Of a stretch of 64,000 nucleotides of DNA, positions 49,012-63,544 are shown in pieces. A program made the translations under genes and the position numbers. Positions within the stretch are counted from its first letter, which is position 1. Each line of letters opens with the position of its first letter. The DNA comes from Camelus ferus (Eukaryota): the NCBI RefSeq assembly GCF_009834535.1, contig NC_045697.1, positions 89,220,001 to 89,284,000 of the forward strand. The letters are read 5' to 3'. The notes under the pieces are model-generated. The model ran no database searches, had not been told where the DNA came from, and saw only the letters and a list, made by a program, of their open reading frames with translations.

Positions 49012-52005
49012 TGAAGTTACTTTTAAAACCGATGTGGTATACGTGTATTTGAATTGCTGAAGTATTAATTTTTGATATAGCTATTTTTTTCTCCACTATC
49101 AAGGATGATACATTTTATTTTTACTAGCTCTGCCTCCCTAGTTTGCTCCTAAAATAATTGACTCTTTCTTCTTTTCTTCACTCTTCTTCTACTTTTCAAG
49201 GTGTCTTCTAGCTCTATTATTTGATTCTTTAACATGATCTAGAAGTCTGTAAAAAGTTTTCATCACTGTCTATTGGTAATGCACTTGATAGAACAGTAAG
49301 AGTCATAAACATATGTTATATATGAACTGGCTTCTTCACTTACATATGTTTTCCCATTGGATGGTGTAGAAGTTGTTAAAAAAATCTAGGCAACCTAGGT
49401 AATTATTTGGATATCAATTTCTTCATGCTATAAATGCTATAGACTGAGTGATCTCTAAAATAATTTTCATATTCAGTGAGTGAAAATAAATTCATATGAT
49501 AGCTCTTGGTTTTCTAGCACTATTTCTAGGAATACATCCCCTTACCAGCTAACTCCCTAAGTCTGACTGAATTGAAATATATATTTCTTCAATGAAATTA
49601 GATAATTCTGGAAATTATAGATGAATGACAGTTGCCAGATTATCTAAACAACTTCTTTTTTTCATTTGCTTTGCTTATGAAGTTAACTTCTTTTCACAGT
49701 TTAGCTTCTCACAAAGATTTTTCCACAAGAAATTGATGTACACTTATATCTGAAAGACAATATTTTTCCATAAGTAAAAATAAAGTCAACAAATATTTTT
49801 AGGATCTACATTATCCAGGCATTATACTGAGAGGTGGAGGTGCAAAAAATATAATACAAAAAATAAATACAGTAAAATACAAAAATATAAATACAAACAC
49901 TAACTTATGCCAAGGAGTTATAATACAATGTAGCAAATACAGTTATTCAAATTGCCACAGATTTTGCTGGGAATGAAGAAAATGGTCTTGGTCTATACAG
50001 TGGGAACAGAGTGAGAAAGACACATAAAAAGAAATAATACTTTGCATAGGCTTAATTGTACACTATGGTGTCATTGGAGTGTAAAGTTTGGTTTGGGGGA
50101 TTAATATTGAGGCTAAGAGCATAAGCTTGAATTTTAGTGCTTACAAAAAAAACTAAGTTAGGCAAAAATGACCTTACAACTTCTAATTTATACGAAATTT
50201 AGGAAGCTACATTAACTTGTCAAAAGGCACATAAAATATTGCTTTTTAAATAATAATTTATAGTATTTCATAATGCATGTTTGGCATAATTAAAAAATAG
50301 TAAAATAGGAGATGCCAAAGAAATTTGGCATTTATAAAACACACTATTGGATAAATTAAAAGACCTCCCAGAGAATATTTTATTTCTGTCAGTGATGAGC
50401 TAACAAGTCTAGATTCCCCATGATAAATGACTATAATTCTGAACAAAATATACTAAATAATTATTTTCAGACATTTAACATTAGATAATGAAGGACTATG
50501 ATTCAAAGTAGAAGGGAAACAAGAGATTTGAGTCAATTTCAAATCTCAAATCTATACCCTGACGTTCAACCAACATTATCTGGATTGTGTGGCAGAGTGA
50601 AAAGAAGACTAAATTACAGAACTCTCACTGAGCTGAGAAGACTTGAGTTCAAGGCTGTTGGGGTGACGGAAATGTGCTGGGTAGGAGAATAGAGGCCTAT
50701 ACAGAAAAAGAAAATCCTAATGGCCTTTTCTTGAATTATTGGCAAATACTTAGCTGCAGAAGCTATGAGAAAGAGTCCATAAAGTTAGAGAAAGAACAGT
50801 TACCAGGAGCTGTGAGCTGGGGGGGAAAAGTACACACACACACACACACACAGAGGAAATGAACAGACGAAAGTGAACAATGTTCAGATTCCAAGAAGCA
50901 AGAGTGAAGAGTCCTCATTGAATAGCTGGACATTGAATAGACTTCAGAAGTTGTGAATCTGGAGTAGGTCTACTCTAACTCTTGAATAAAGGCTACTTTA
51001 GTCTTACCCTAGTTACACTTAAAAACAACCACTGAATGGGTCAAGCTAGTGTGCAAATAAATTAACGCCATGAAAAACCTCAAAACTATATTAAGGGAAA
51101 CAATAAAATTTAGATAAACACTAACACAGCACTTATCATGTCCAAAATGCCGTAAAATACTTCTAGATATGTGAAGAAGCAAAAAATGTCTCATAATAAG
51201 ATGAAAAATAACTATTAAAATAGACACAGAACTGTCAGAGATAATGGAATTAGGAAATAATTTTAAAAGGTCTATTAAAATGTTCAAATATTTAAGAAAA
51301 GAGCATAAAGATAATGAAAGAACAAATATAAAATCTCCCTGGAGAAATAAATACTGTAAAAATAAACCAAATGCACATGTAAAATAGACAAATTAAATAT
51401 CCAAAGTGAAATTTCCAAAAAGATGGGCTCATAAACAAATTAGAACCAATTAAATAAAATATTTGAACATGAATAAAGGAAAACTGAATGCTTCTAACTG
51501 CTTTAAACTGAAATACAGAAAAAAAAAACAGAGTTTCAGGGAGCTCTGGGATAATATCTAATAGTCTCATATGCATGTAATTGGCATACAGTAAGAAGAA
51601 GAGAGAAAATTTCAAGCAAAAAGATTAATTGCCAAATATTTCAAATTTCAATGTAAACATAAATCAGTAGCTTTAAGAAGCTTAATCAACATTAAGCAGA
51701 ATATACATAACAGAATGGACATCAAGGTACATTATAATCAAATTGCCAAAACTGAAAATAAATAAAGAGAAAAACTTTAAAAGAACTAAGGGGAGAAAAA
51801 AAAAAAAGACATATTGCAATTAGAAGAACAACATAAAAATACTTTTTAATACAAAATTTTTCTTTCAAAAACTTTAACCTATAATTGCCTATCCAACATA
51901 AATATGCTAGGCAAATGCAGAGGAAATAAAGACTTTTCTAAATAAAGAAAAGCTATGAGAATTTAATGCCAGCAAACCTGCACTGTGTCCAGTATTTATG
52001 ATGGT

Positions 52006-52081
52006 ATTTATAGTAGACAAATTGATTGTAAAGACACATACAGATTTATAGTAGACAAATTGATTGTAAAGACACATACAG
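52006..52081. repeat. Perfect 38-bp tandem duplication
   Basis: atttatagtagacaaattgattgtaaagacacatacag x2. Confidence 0.95.
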
Positions 52082-52855
52082 ATTCAAAGGAGAATAAAAA
52101 ATGGTGTACCAAAGAAACACCAATCATAAAAAAATGGAGTGTCTATATTAGTAATAAAATCAGTTCCAGAACAAGAAAGATTACCAGAAATAAAACAGAC
52201 ATTTCACACTGATAAAAGTTGAATTAATCACAAAGACATAACAATTCTGAAAATATGTGTATGTGGTAACAAAGCTTCGAATATTGGCAAAATATAAAAA
52301 CTGAAGTGATAAAGAAGCCAACTGAGATTATAGTTGTAAAGGTCAACAAGTTCCCTTCTCAGTCATTTATAGAATAAGTATATAGCAAATCAGTAAGGGT
52401 ATTAAAAGACTTGAGAGATACTATCAACCAACTAGAACTAACACACATTTATAAAAAACTGCACCCAACCACAATAGACTACATGTTTTTCGACTACACA
52501 CAGACAACTAACTAGAATAGGCCATGTGCTAGAATAATGGCATTATATTAGAAACAGTGGTATTACTAGAAATCAAAACAATGGTATTGTATTAGAAATC
52601 AGTAACAAAAAATCATTATAAAATCCTCAAATATATGGAAATTAAGTAACATATTTATAAATGATCTATGACTTAAAGAAGAAATTATATTAAGGGAAAT
52701 TATAAAACATTTAAAAATAAATGATAATATATCAACATTTGTGGGATGTAGCTAAATTATGGCTTAGAAGCTAACTTATAAATGCTTATAGAAAAGACAA
52801 AAATTTTAAATCTAATGATCTAAATGTCCACCTTAAGAAGCTGTAAAAAGAACAG

Positions 52856-54240
52856 ACTAGAGAACCCAGATATAAAGCAACACACATACAGTCAATTAAT
52901 CTTCAACAAAGGAGGCAAGAGTATACAATGGAGAAAAGACAGTCTCTTCAGCAAGTGGTGTTGAGAAAGCTGGACAACCACATGTAAATCAATGAAGTTA
53001 GAACACACCCTCATACCATACACAAAAATAAACTCAAAATGGCTTGAAGACTTAATTATAAGACATGACACCATAAAATTCCGAGGAGAAAACATAGGCA
53101 AAACATTCTCTGACACAAATCTTAGCAATGTTTTCTTAGGTCACTGTCCCAGGGCAATAGAAATAAAAGCAAAAATAAACTAATGGGACCTAGTTAAACT
53201 TATAAGCTTTTGCACAATGAAGGAAACCATAAACAAAATGAAAAGACAACAGTGAAGCTGACAAGGGCTTGCAAAATATACAAACAGCTCATACAACTCA
53301 ATAACAAAAAAATAATCTACTCAAAAAATGGGCAGAAGACCTAAGTAGACATTTCTTCAAAGAAGACATACAAATGGCCAACAGGCACATGAAAAGATGC
53401 TCAACATCACTAATTATTAGAGAAATTCAAATCAACACTATAATGAGGTACCACTTCACATTGGTCAAAGTGGCCATAATTAAACAGTCTACAAATAACA
53501 AATGCTGGAGAGGGTATGGAGTAAGGAACCCTCCTACACTCTTGATGGAAATGTAAATTGGTACAGCCACTATGGAAAATGATAAAAACTAAAAATAGAG
53601 TTGCCATATGATCCAGCAATCCCACTCCTGGGCATGTATCTTTAGGAAACAGTAATTCAAAAAGATGCATGTGCCCCAATTTTCATAGCAGCACTATTTA
53701 CAACAGCCAAGACATGGAAGCAACTCAGATGTCCATTAACGAATAAATAAAGGAGATGTTGTATATATATATAAACAGGAATACTACTCAGCTATAAAAA
53801 AGGAATGAAATAGTGTCATTTGCAGCAACATGGTTGAATGTAGAGATTATCATGCTAAGTGAAGTCAAAAAGAGAAAGACAAATACTGTATGATATAACT
53901 TATATGTTGAATCTAAAATATGACACAAACGAACTTCTTTACAAAATAAAAACTGACTCACAGACGTAGAAAACAAACTTATGGCTACCAAAGGGGAAAA
54001 GAGGTGAGAGAGGGATAAATTAGGAGTTTAGGATTAGCAAATACAAACTACTATATATAAAATATATTTTTTTAAAAAAAGATCCTACTGTATAGCACAG
54101 GGAAGTATATTCAATATCCAGTAATGAACCATAATGGAAAATAATATGAAAAATGATATATATGCATACATAAAACTGAATCACTTTGCTGTACACGAGA
54201 AGCTAACACAGCATTGTACATCACCTATACTTCAATAAAA
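52856..54240 (+). mobile_element. Younger 5'-truncated L1 (ORF2 C-terminus and 3'UTR) nested in the old L1
   Basis: ORFs MKLEHTLIPYTKINSKW and [20 protein letters not shown]. Ends ctatacttcaataaaa. TSD-like aaaaagaacag / aaaacagaacag. Confidence 0.92.
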
Positions 54241-54817
54241 CAGAACAGTAAATTAAATTTGAAATAAGGAAAGAAAAGCAATAGTAAATAGAATTAAATC
54301 AGTTAAACAGAAAATGGACAAAACAGAAATAATTAATGAAAATAAAATTTGATTCTCTAAAATAATTAATAAGATTGGTAAACCACTAACTAGACTAATC
54401 AAGAAAAAATAGAGAAAATACAAGTGAATAATTTAGGAATTAAATTAAAAACATCACTATAAATTATTCAGAAGGAGAATAAAAGAATATTTTGATAAAA
54501 TTATTAATTCACTTCAAAGATACGGACAAATTCTTTGAGAATAAATTACTGAAAATTTTACAAGGTAAATGTAAAAAATAATAATCTTATGTATTAAGGT
54601 AATTATGTTTTAATTATAAGCTTTCCAACTAAGAAAACGCCAGGCCAGAAGGCTTATCAAAGTTCTATGCCAAAAAAACTGTAAAAAACAAAAAATTTAC
54701 AAAAACTCTTTTATAAAGGAGCAATAAACACTTCTCACCTTTGTAAGGCTAGTAATTCTGAAGACATTACAAAAAAAAAAGAAAAGAAACTACACACTAA
54801 TATCATTCACTAATATT

Positions 54818-54996
54818 GGTGTGGGGTTTTTTTTCTTTAAAAGCTCAGCGATTAAATATTTTTTACTTTTGAGGGTCATATTGTCTTGTTGAAACTGCTC
54901 AACTCTTCCATAACAGTGTAAAAGTTGATCATAGAGTATATGTAAATGAATTTACATGGTTAAGTTCCAATAAAATTTTATCAGACTAACCTCTGT
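54818..54996. mobile_element. MER58A-like hAT transposon
   Basis: taaatatttt...gagggtcatattgtcttgttgaaactgctcaactct...gtaaatgaat...gttccaataaaatttta. Confidence 0.7.
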
Positions 54997-55590
54997 ATAG
55001 ATGCTATATATCCTAAATAAATATTAGCAAAACTTACTCAGCAAGCTCCAGAAATGTTTAATACATACTGACCAAATTTTGTTTATCCCAGGAGTGCCAC
55101 ACTTTTTAAATTCAAAATCCAACAATGTAATTAATCATATTCATTAAAGGGGAAACAAAATCATTATTGTATCAACAAATTTAGAAAGTGTCAGTCAAAT
55201 CTAACACACACTCAAAATACATGCTCCCAGCATTCTAGCAATAGAATAAATTTTTTTCTCCAAAAAAAACCCACAAAATAAAACTGTAGGTAGCATCACA
55301 ATATATGTTAGAAACTGAAAACTTTCCCTTTACAACTGCAAACAAGGCTATACATGTCTGTTCATCATTCCCATTCAGACCAGAGGTCTGAGCCAGTGCA
55401 GTAAGTCAAGGGAAAGGGGAAAAAAAGGTTGTATCAATTCACTAGGAAGAAATAGTTATTTATATTCACAAAGGGCCTAATCATGTATGTAGAACATAGT
55501 AAGGAACAAAAAACAAAACAATGCAACAAGAAAAAATACTACAAGAGCTAATGAAAGAATTTAGCAAAGTGATAGAATAGCAGGTTAACT

Positions 55591-55616
55591 TGTGTGTGTG
55601 TGTGTGTGTGTGTGTG
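55591..55616. repeat. (TG)13 microsatellite
   Basis: Direct reading. Confidence 0.95.
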
Positions 55617-58329
55617 AACTGCAGGTATGATATCAGGTACAGAATTATTTTTAAAAAATATGATATAGTTAGGTATAAATTTAACAAAGTATGCATAAGA
55701 TTATGCAAAGAAAATTACAAATTAGAAATCAATAGCAAAGAGGTAGCTGGAAAATCCGCATGCATTTGCCAACTAAGCATCCTATTTGCACATAACCAAT
55801 AGAACAAAAGAAAAATTTGAAAGTAAAAAAATTTTTGAATTATATTAAAAATACATCATACTATAATTTGTAGCATGCAACTAAACAAAATCTCATTCAG
55901 GGAAACCTAAAAAAATTTAAGTAGGGATCTATACCAGGGTAATGAAAAGGAGTGTTTAATATTTTTTTGCTGCCAGTTCATCCAAGTTGATCTATAGATT
56001 CAATGCATTACTAACAAAAATTCTAGCATATTGTTTGTAGAAATTAACCAACTGATTACAAAATGTATGCAGAAATTTAAGGGACTTAGAATAGACAAGC
56101 CAATGTTGAAAAACAATGGTGGAGGAGTTACACTATTGGAAATCAAAATTTGCACACATCTTCATTTACCAAGGTGGTTGATATGGTATTAATATGAAGA
56201 TATAAAACTAGATTAATGGAACAGAATGGGATGCAGAAGTTGGTTCACATTTACGTGGTCAATTTATTTTCAAAATGACTCAATAAAAAAGCTAAAGTCT
56301 TTTCAAAATATATGATGCTGGAACATTTTTTTTCTCATTATAGTGAAAAAGAGAATGTAATATACCTCATACAATATGTAAAAATTACTTTGAGGTGAAT
56401 CATAGACTAAAAATACAAACTTCTATAAGAAAACAAGAAAATATCTTTTTATCCTTAAGAGAAAATTTTTTTAATAGAAGACTGACGAAACAAACTAGAC
56501 TTGGAGAAAATGTGAAAATATCTACAATTCATTTGACAAAGAACTTGTATCCAGAATACATAACTGCTACAGTTCAATAATTAAAACACAACCAAATTAA
56601 AAATTAGTTGAAGGATATGAAAAACAATTCACAAAATTAGATATGCAAATGCCCAGTAAGTACATGAACAAGGTCAGCATTATTAGTCATCAGAGAAATG
56701 CAAAATAACATCTCAGTGAAGTACTAGTACATAAGTATTCGATTTCAAAAAGACTGCCAACTTAACACACGATGTTGGTACTGATGAAGACATTCACGAT
56801 GGGAGGTTAGAATGATTAAAGTCATTTTGGAAATTAGCTTCTCAATTTTTCTTAAACTTTCTTTTTTTTTTTTAAATATGACCCAGCCATTCTATACTGT
56901 TATTTAAATAAGAGAAATGAAAACATGTATACAAAAAGGTGGACGACGCTGTCCGTAACATAACAAGGATGTCAGAGTCGCTCAAAACAGGAAACATCCA
57001 AATGCCCATCAACTAGAGAGTGGTTACGAGAATTGTATATCCGTATAGTGGAATAGCTCTCAGCAGATTAACATACCAAAAAGCAACAAGCTTCTAATTT
57101 GCACAAAATTGATAAACCTCAGGAATATTACACTATTCAGCTAATTAAAAGAAGCCAGGTACTCTTTACTTAGATTTGAAATTCTGTAACAGTCAAAGAA
57201 TCTTATGAGGCAACGAATCACAACAGTGATTGTTTCTGACATCTGGAGTAGGGAGAGGTATGGAGTTTGAGAAGCATAAGAGCTCTTTCTCAAATGATGA
57301 AAATATTTTGTATTTTGATGGAAGTCTGAGTTACCAAGTGAAAGAATTTTTCAAAAGGTATTGAATTGTGCACTTAAGCTTTGTTCATTTTATAGATGTA
57401 CAATATACCTCAATAAAAAGATGCCCACTCCTTGAGATATATGTTCAATGTCCAGTTCATTTGATACATATTTGAAAAGCACTGACCAGACAGTAGGAGT
57501 CTTTGAAGCATTTTAAGCATGGAATTTATATGTTCACATTTTCAATAATACATTTATATTTTTGACAGATCAATAAGGAGACTGTATGGAGAATAAAATA
57601 GAAATGAGCAAAACTTGGGATAAGAAAATCAATTAAAATTAAGAAAATAGCCTTTCATTTTAAAAAATAAGTAAAATTGTTTATTGGTGATTTCTCTGGC
57701 AAGAATTACAAACCTAAAATATCTGCTAACCATGCATCTAATTAAGCCAACCTCAGAGATAACGAGAATTCACTAACTCAATATTCAGTATATTCTTGTG
57801 AAAAATCAAATATTCATGAGCAAAGAGAATATTTAGCACTCCTATGATATCAAGAGATTCATATTTATGCATATTCCAGCCCTTGCACTTAAGTCATATT
57901 TTCCAAATATTTTAGATCCTGAGCCATCTTTAACATACAAGCTCACAATTCATCTTGGGACTTTGTCATTTTGTAATTTTGACATCATATATGATAAAAA
58001 AAGTGATTCAAAGAAAAAGAAAAATGTATAATATTTTATATTATTATACTATCAAATTGTATTAGTAATGTATTTACCAATGTTGATACTAGCCTCCTTA
58101 CATAAAGATAAATTTAAAGGTTTTCCCTCACTTTACAAGTTATAGGTGCTTTTTTAATGTATTTCATAAAATTATTGAAACATTTGACCTGATTTTAAAT
58201 AAAAAATTTTCAATGACATATTATTATATTATTGATTTTGAGATTAGATCTATATTAATTTAGACGTCATAACCTCAGCTTGGCTTCTGCTGACAGTTCT
58301 AATTCAAAATGCGCTCTTCACACCTCACC

Positions 58330-58565
58330 ACACAACATGCACTTTCATGCATTATCTTGTTTCATTTTGCCTGTGTTAATTATCCTTATGTGACACATTT
58401 TTTTGCTTACAAGTTATTTTCTATCTCAATTCACTATTATATACATTTTACAATGGCAGGGTTTTCTCTTGTTTATGTAATATCCCCAGTGCCTACAATA
58501 TTTCCAGGTTCATATTAAGCACCCTATAAATATTTGAATGAGTGAATGAAATAATGAATGAATAA
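58330..58565 (+). mobile_element. L2 3' end
   Basis: tatccccagtgcctacaata...taaatatttgaatgagtgaatgaaataatgaatgaa terminal microsatellite. Confidence 0.75.
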
Positions 58566-59338
58566 AACTTCTAAAAGTATCTAACATAGAAGGCATTTAT
58601 TGCATTTATTTGAATACATTTCTCTTTACTTCCATTTTTTAAGAGAAAAATTATGTTGCCTGTTCATTTTCTTCTTTTTCCCCCCTTACTAATGTTGAGA
58701 AGTCAAGGGTGGAAAGAAATCAGAATTGTGGGATTGTAAAAAAAAAAAAAAATTGTTCAACTTGGTATGTTTAAGATGATCATAACCATACTCTGATTTC
58801 ATGTCACAGTGGGAATAATTCTAGTTTCAAGAAATGGATTGGAAAAATCTCAAGCTTAATTTCTTGCAATTTTGCATGTAAGTAGATAAGTAGGTTTAAG
58901 AAAAGGTCACTGAAATATAATTATAACTGTTCATTAAAGAAAAAGTGATCTGTTGCCAAAGCCCCAAAGTTTTATAACTTGGTGAGCAGAGTAAGAACAG
59001 CTAAATCTGGTTCAAATCAGCTTTAGGTAAATGATTATTAGATTCCATTCTCCCTTCTGTCTGTGCTAAGAAAAAAACAAAACATATGAAATTTAAAAAG
59101 CTACCATTGAACCCCTTGGGAAGTGGTTCAAATTCTGACAGTTCTAGAGGAAAGAGCATAAATGTGACCTCAGAACTAATAGACAAAGTGATGTGAGAAG
59201 TCCTAGATCAGTTTCTGTAAACCCTGAATGCTTCCTCATTGATGCGGTTATATCTCCCCTCTTCATCCACTTCTCCATCACTCTCTAGTGTACCAGTTTA
59301 ACTCACTTATATAAACCTGATAAAATTGGAATATTTAA

Positions 59339-59955
59339 GAGGTACAAATTTCCAGTTGCAAAATAAATGAGTCATGAGGATGAAATGTTCGGGGTGGGGA
59401 ATACAGTCAGTAATAATGCCATGTCTTTGTATGGTGACAGATGGTAACTAGATATATTGTGGTGATTGTTTTACACTGTTAAGAAATACTGAATCACTCT
59501 TTGGTGCACCAGGAACTAACATAGTGTTTAGGTCAGTAGTACTTCAAAAACAAATAAACAGACTTATAGAAAACGAGATCAGATTTGTGGTTACCAGAGG
59601 TGGAGGGGAGTAGAGGGAAGAGGAATTCGATGAAGGCAGTCAAAAGGTATAAACTTTCAGTTATAAGATAAGTAAGTGCTAGGGACGTAATGTACAACAT
59701 GATGAATGTAATTAACACTGTGTATGTTATGTATGAAAATTGTTAAGAGAGTAAATCCTAAGAGTTCTCACCGCAAAGAAAATATGTATTTTTCTATCTC
59801 TTTTCATTTTATATTCTGTATCTATATGAGATGAAGGATTTTTACTAAACTTATTATGGTGATCATTTCATGATGTATGTAAGTCAAATCATTATGCTAT
59901 CTGCCTTAAAGTTAGTGTTGTATGTCAACTGTATATCAATAAAACTGGAAGGGAA
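59339..59955 (+). mobile_element. Laurasiatherian L1 3'UTR fragment with 17-bp TSD
   Basis: gaggtacaaatttccagtt...ggtgacagatggtaactaga...gagagtaaatcctaagagttctca...tcaataaaactgg. TSD aaaattggaatatttaa (59322-59338) / aaaactagaatatttaa (59956-59972). Confidence 0.88.
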
Positions 59956-61019
59956 AAAACTAGAATATTTAAAGTACTTTATTATACTAGGTTACAATAA
60001 CTTCAATTCTGGAATGCTTTCTAAATCCAAAAGGAAAAAAAAATAATATTCCCAGGATTCAAATGATGCCTGGATAGTGCAGAGACAAAAAGCCCTTTCA
60101 GGACCCCATTAATACTGACTTCAGCATCAATAGTAACCTTGTTTGGCCCACCCCTGCATAACACTTATGTACAATAGGAGTTAGACAATAACATCAACTA
60201 CACAAGCTAGTTTAGCAAGAATAACCAGCTGACTGATTAATTTCTATTGTTTATATTTTTACTAATGTTACCCAAACTGGTCCTGATCATTATCCTTTTT
60301 AAGTGTTTTTAGATTAAATCATTCAAAGTTAAACAAATGTGCTTTTGAAAATTTTCAATGCCATACATTTGATCACTTTTCATTCATTCACTCATTCATT
60401 TAAACAATCATGTTTGGAGTCATTGACCATTTATTACCTATCAATATATTAAACTAGTTTGCATTTTTCTTATAGGAAAAAGTAACAATGACATTCTGAG
60501 TAAAAGCTATTAAAAGCTAAGGTATTAGCTAAATAATAGGTAGCAAGACCACATTTGTTTTTTACTGAAGGCTTAAAAATAATTTATTTATTATTCCTTC
60601 TCCAAATCCCTTTAAAGTATTAAAGGATAATTATTATACCAAAATTTCTGGTGGAGAAATAGTGGCTCAACAAAATTAAATGACTTTCAGAACTCAGAAG
60701 TAACTCCCAGTGCACACTCTACTTCTTTCAATATGAAATTTAATTTTTCTACAAAAATCATTTTAATCCAAAGTAGAATAGAATATAAAGACTCTAAATG
60801 AGCTTAATTACTCAAGAACCAATTAGAGTATGTTCCATTAAGTAGTCTGAACAACCTTAGTTCAACCAAACGGCAAAATTTTTTCCAAAACCATAGGTAG
60901 GGGCTGGGTATTGCTTTAATTCCAGTTAATTAAAAGTGTTTGATAAACTATGGTGCATCTAAGTGTAAGATCTTTAAAATAAAAGAATTAATTAATCCAT
61001 GTAGGTTTCAGATAACACC

Positions 61020-62347
61020 TAATCTATATGCCAGATAGGTGTTATATAAGTTTCAGGTATAGTACATACTATAAATCACATATCAGTGAGATCATGGGAT
61101 ATTTGAACTTGTTTATCTGACTTATTTACTTTAGCATGATAGTGTTGTTGCAAATGGCAAGATTTCACTTCTTAAAAAAGACTGAGTAATTTTATATATA
61201 TATATGCACACACACACAATTTTCTTTATTCATCTATTGATGGACACTGAGGTTGCTTCCATATCTTGGCTATTGTAAATGCTGCAGTAAACATTGGGGT
61301 GTGTATATCTTTTCAGATTAGTGTTTTTGTTTTCTTCTGGTAAATACCCAGAAGTGAAATTGCTATATCATATAGTAGTTTTATTTTTAACTTTTTGAGA
61401 AACCTTCATAATGTTTTCCTTAGTGGCCGTGTTGATTTATATTCCCACCAACAATGCACAAAGTTTCTTTTTTCGCCACATCCTCACTGACATTTGTTAT
61501 TTGTTGTCTTTTTGATGATAGTCATTGTGACAGGTTCGAAGTGTTATCTCATTGTAGTTTTCATTTACCTTTCCCTGATGATTAGTGATGATGAGCATCT
61601 TTGATGTGTCTCTTGGCCAGCTGCATGTCATCTTTGGAAAATATGTTAGGTCCTCTGCCCAGTTTTTGAGCAGGTTGCATATTTTTTTTGAATTTGAGTT
61701 TTGTGAGTTCTTTGTATACTTTTCATATTACCCCTTATAGATATATATTCTTTGCAAATATTTTCTCCCATTTGGTAAGCTGCCTTTTTTGTTTCCCTTG
61801 CTGTGCAAAAGGTTTTACTTTGATGTAGTCCCCTTTGTTTACTTTTACTTTTGTGTCCTCTGCCTGAGGAGACAGATCCAAAAAAGTATTGCTAAGATGG
61901 TTGTTGAAGATTGTACCTAGGTTTTCTTCTAGGAATTTTATGGTTTCAGGTATTACATTGAAGTCTTTAATTCATTTTGAGTTTATTTTTGTATATGCTG
62001 TGAGAAAGTGGTCCAGTTTGATTTGCATGTAGCTGTCCAGTTTTCCCAACATGTACTGAAGAAGCTGTGTTTTCACTGTGTATTCTTTCTTCCTTTGTTG
62101 TAGATTAATTGACCATATAAGTGTGGATTCATCTGGGGGCTCTTTATTCTGTTCTGTTGATCTATATGTCTGTTTTTGTGCCAGTACCATGCTGTTTTGA
62201 TTACTGTAGCTTTGTAGTTTGGCTTGAAATCAGGGAGTGTGACACCTCCAGTTTTGTTCTTCTTTCTCAAGATGGTTCTAGCTATTCCGGGTCTTTTGTG
62301 TTTTCATAAACATTTAGAATTATTTGTTCTACTTCTGTGAAAAATGC
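61020..62347 (-). mobile_element. L1 ORF2 C-terminus/3'UTR
   Basis: ORF 62073-62270 [36 protein letters not shown] is L1 ORF2p. Confidence 0.92.
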
Positions 62348-63015
62348 ATTCATGAATACTGCAATGGGTTATCAAATTAATTTACTTTATAAAATGTTTA
62401 CAAAGTTACCAATGTCATTTAATATATACATATAATTTTCCACATTAAGTAGTGGGTTTAAATAGTTGCTCTTTGTTAATATTCAGCAGAACAAAAAGTG
62501 CTCAGTGACTATTCTAAAAAAATAGCTTTTGACTGCCAGCAGTGAGTCTGCAAAATAAATATGTAATAAATATGTAATATGTGCTAAATGCAAAATATTT
62601 TATATCAGTATCAGAAAGATAAATCATTTAAATCAAAAATCAGCTAACCAATTTTCCTTTTCAAATTGAAACAAAGAGATATTCATCTTTAGTTGTCATG
62701 TTTGTTTTGAGCTCTACCAAAATCCAGTGTTTCTCACATATGAAGGAATCAATGTGTAGACAGAGAGGAACCTGCCAAGACCATTTGCCTTTGATGAAAA
62801 GCTCATTTTATAGCTATGTATTAACTATTACAATCATTTTTTAATTCATAGTATATCCAAATTAATAACAGCGTGATATACCCTGTTGTGAAATGGGTTT
62901 TCTATGCAGATTTTGAATGGGATCATGGAATGAGGTAGGTGTTACCAGAGAAGATATTTAAAATTTAATTTACAATAATATAATTTATTTTACTGAATAT
63001 CCATGATACAGAGCA

Positions 63016-63544
63016 TACTAGTTAGGGTTTCAACCAGAGACATAGAACCAGTTGGAGATGGGTACTAAGAGATTTACTATGAGAAATTGGGTTATACCAA
63101 ATTGCTTTACACCTGCTACCTCCTTCCAACACAGCCCAGAGAATGATTCCTAATTGTTTTAAGCCAACTGTGGTGACTGAAATATCCTTGACAGTAAATG
63201 TGTTAGGCTTGGATCTCTGATACAATTCTGACCAATAAGAGCTAGAAGTCAACTGTGAAGCTTCTTTAAAATACATGTACAAGGATGCTTCTGTGGTTAT
63301 AAGTGATGCTTGGGATGATGCAACCATTGTAAACATAAAAACAAAGGTAAGAATAAAAAACGGAATATGGGGAAAACTTTGGCCCTTGATGTTATTGAGC
63401 CACCGAATTAATCAGCTCTAAAAGCGACCCCATTCTATCATTTATTCATTCATTCATTTTTTTGATAATACCTTTTTTGGTTGTTTATTCTGTTTGAATT
63501 GGAAATTTTCATTAAATGCAGTCTGTAGCCTTTTAACTGATATA
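63016..63544. mobile_element. Old LTR remnants (MLT2-like fragment, then MLT1J-like)
   Basis: tagttagggtttcaaccagagacatagaaccag...gagatttactatgagaaattgg; ccttgatgttattgagccaccgaattaa...ttaactgatata. Confidence 0.55.

Larger units (their letters stand above)
50383..57420 (+). mobile_element. Long ancient L1 (L1MC/ME-like) spanning 5' region, ORF1, ORF2 and 3'UTR, with nested younger elements
   Basis: ORF1 motifs (~51100-51980), endonuclease motifs (~52150-52850), ORF2 continuation after 54249 and a 3' end tatacctcaataaaaag at ~57410. Confidence 0.8.
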
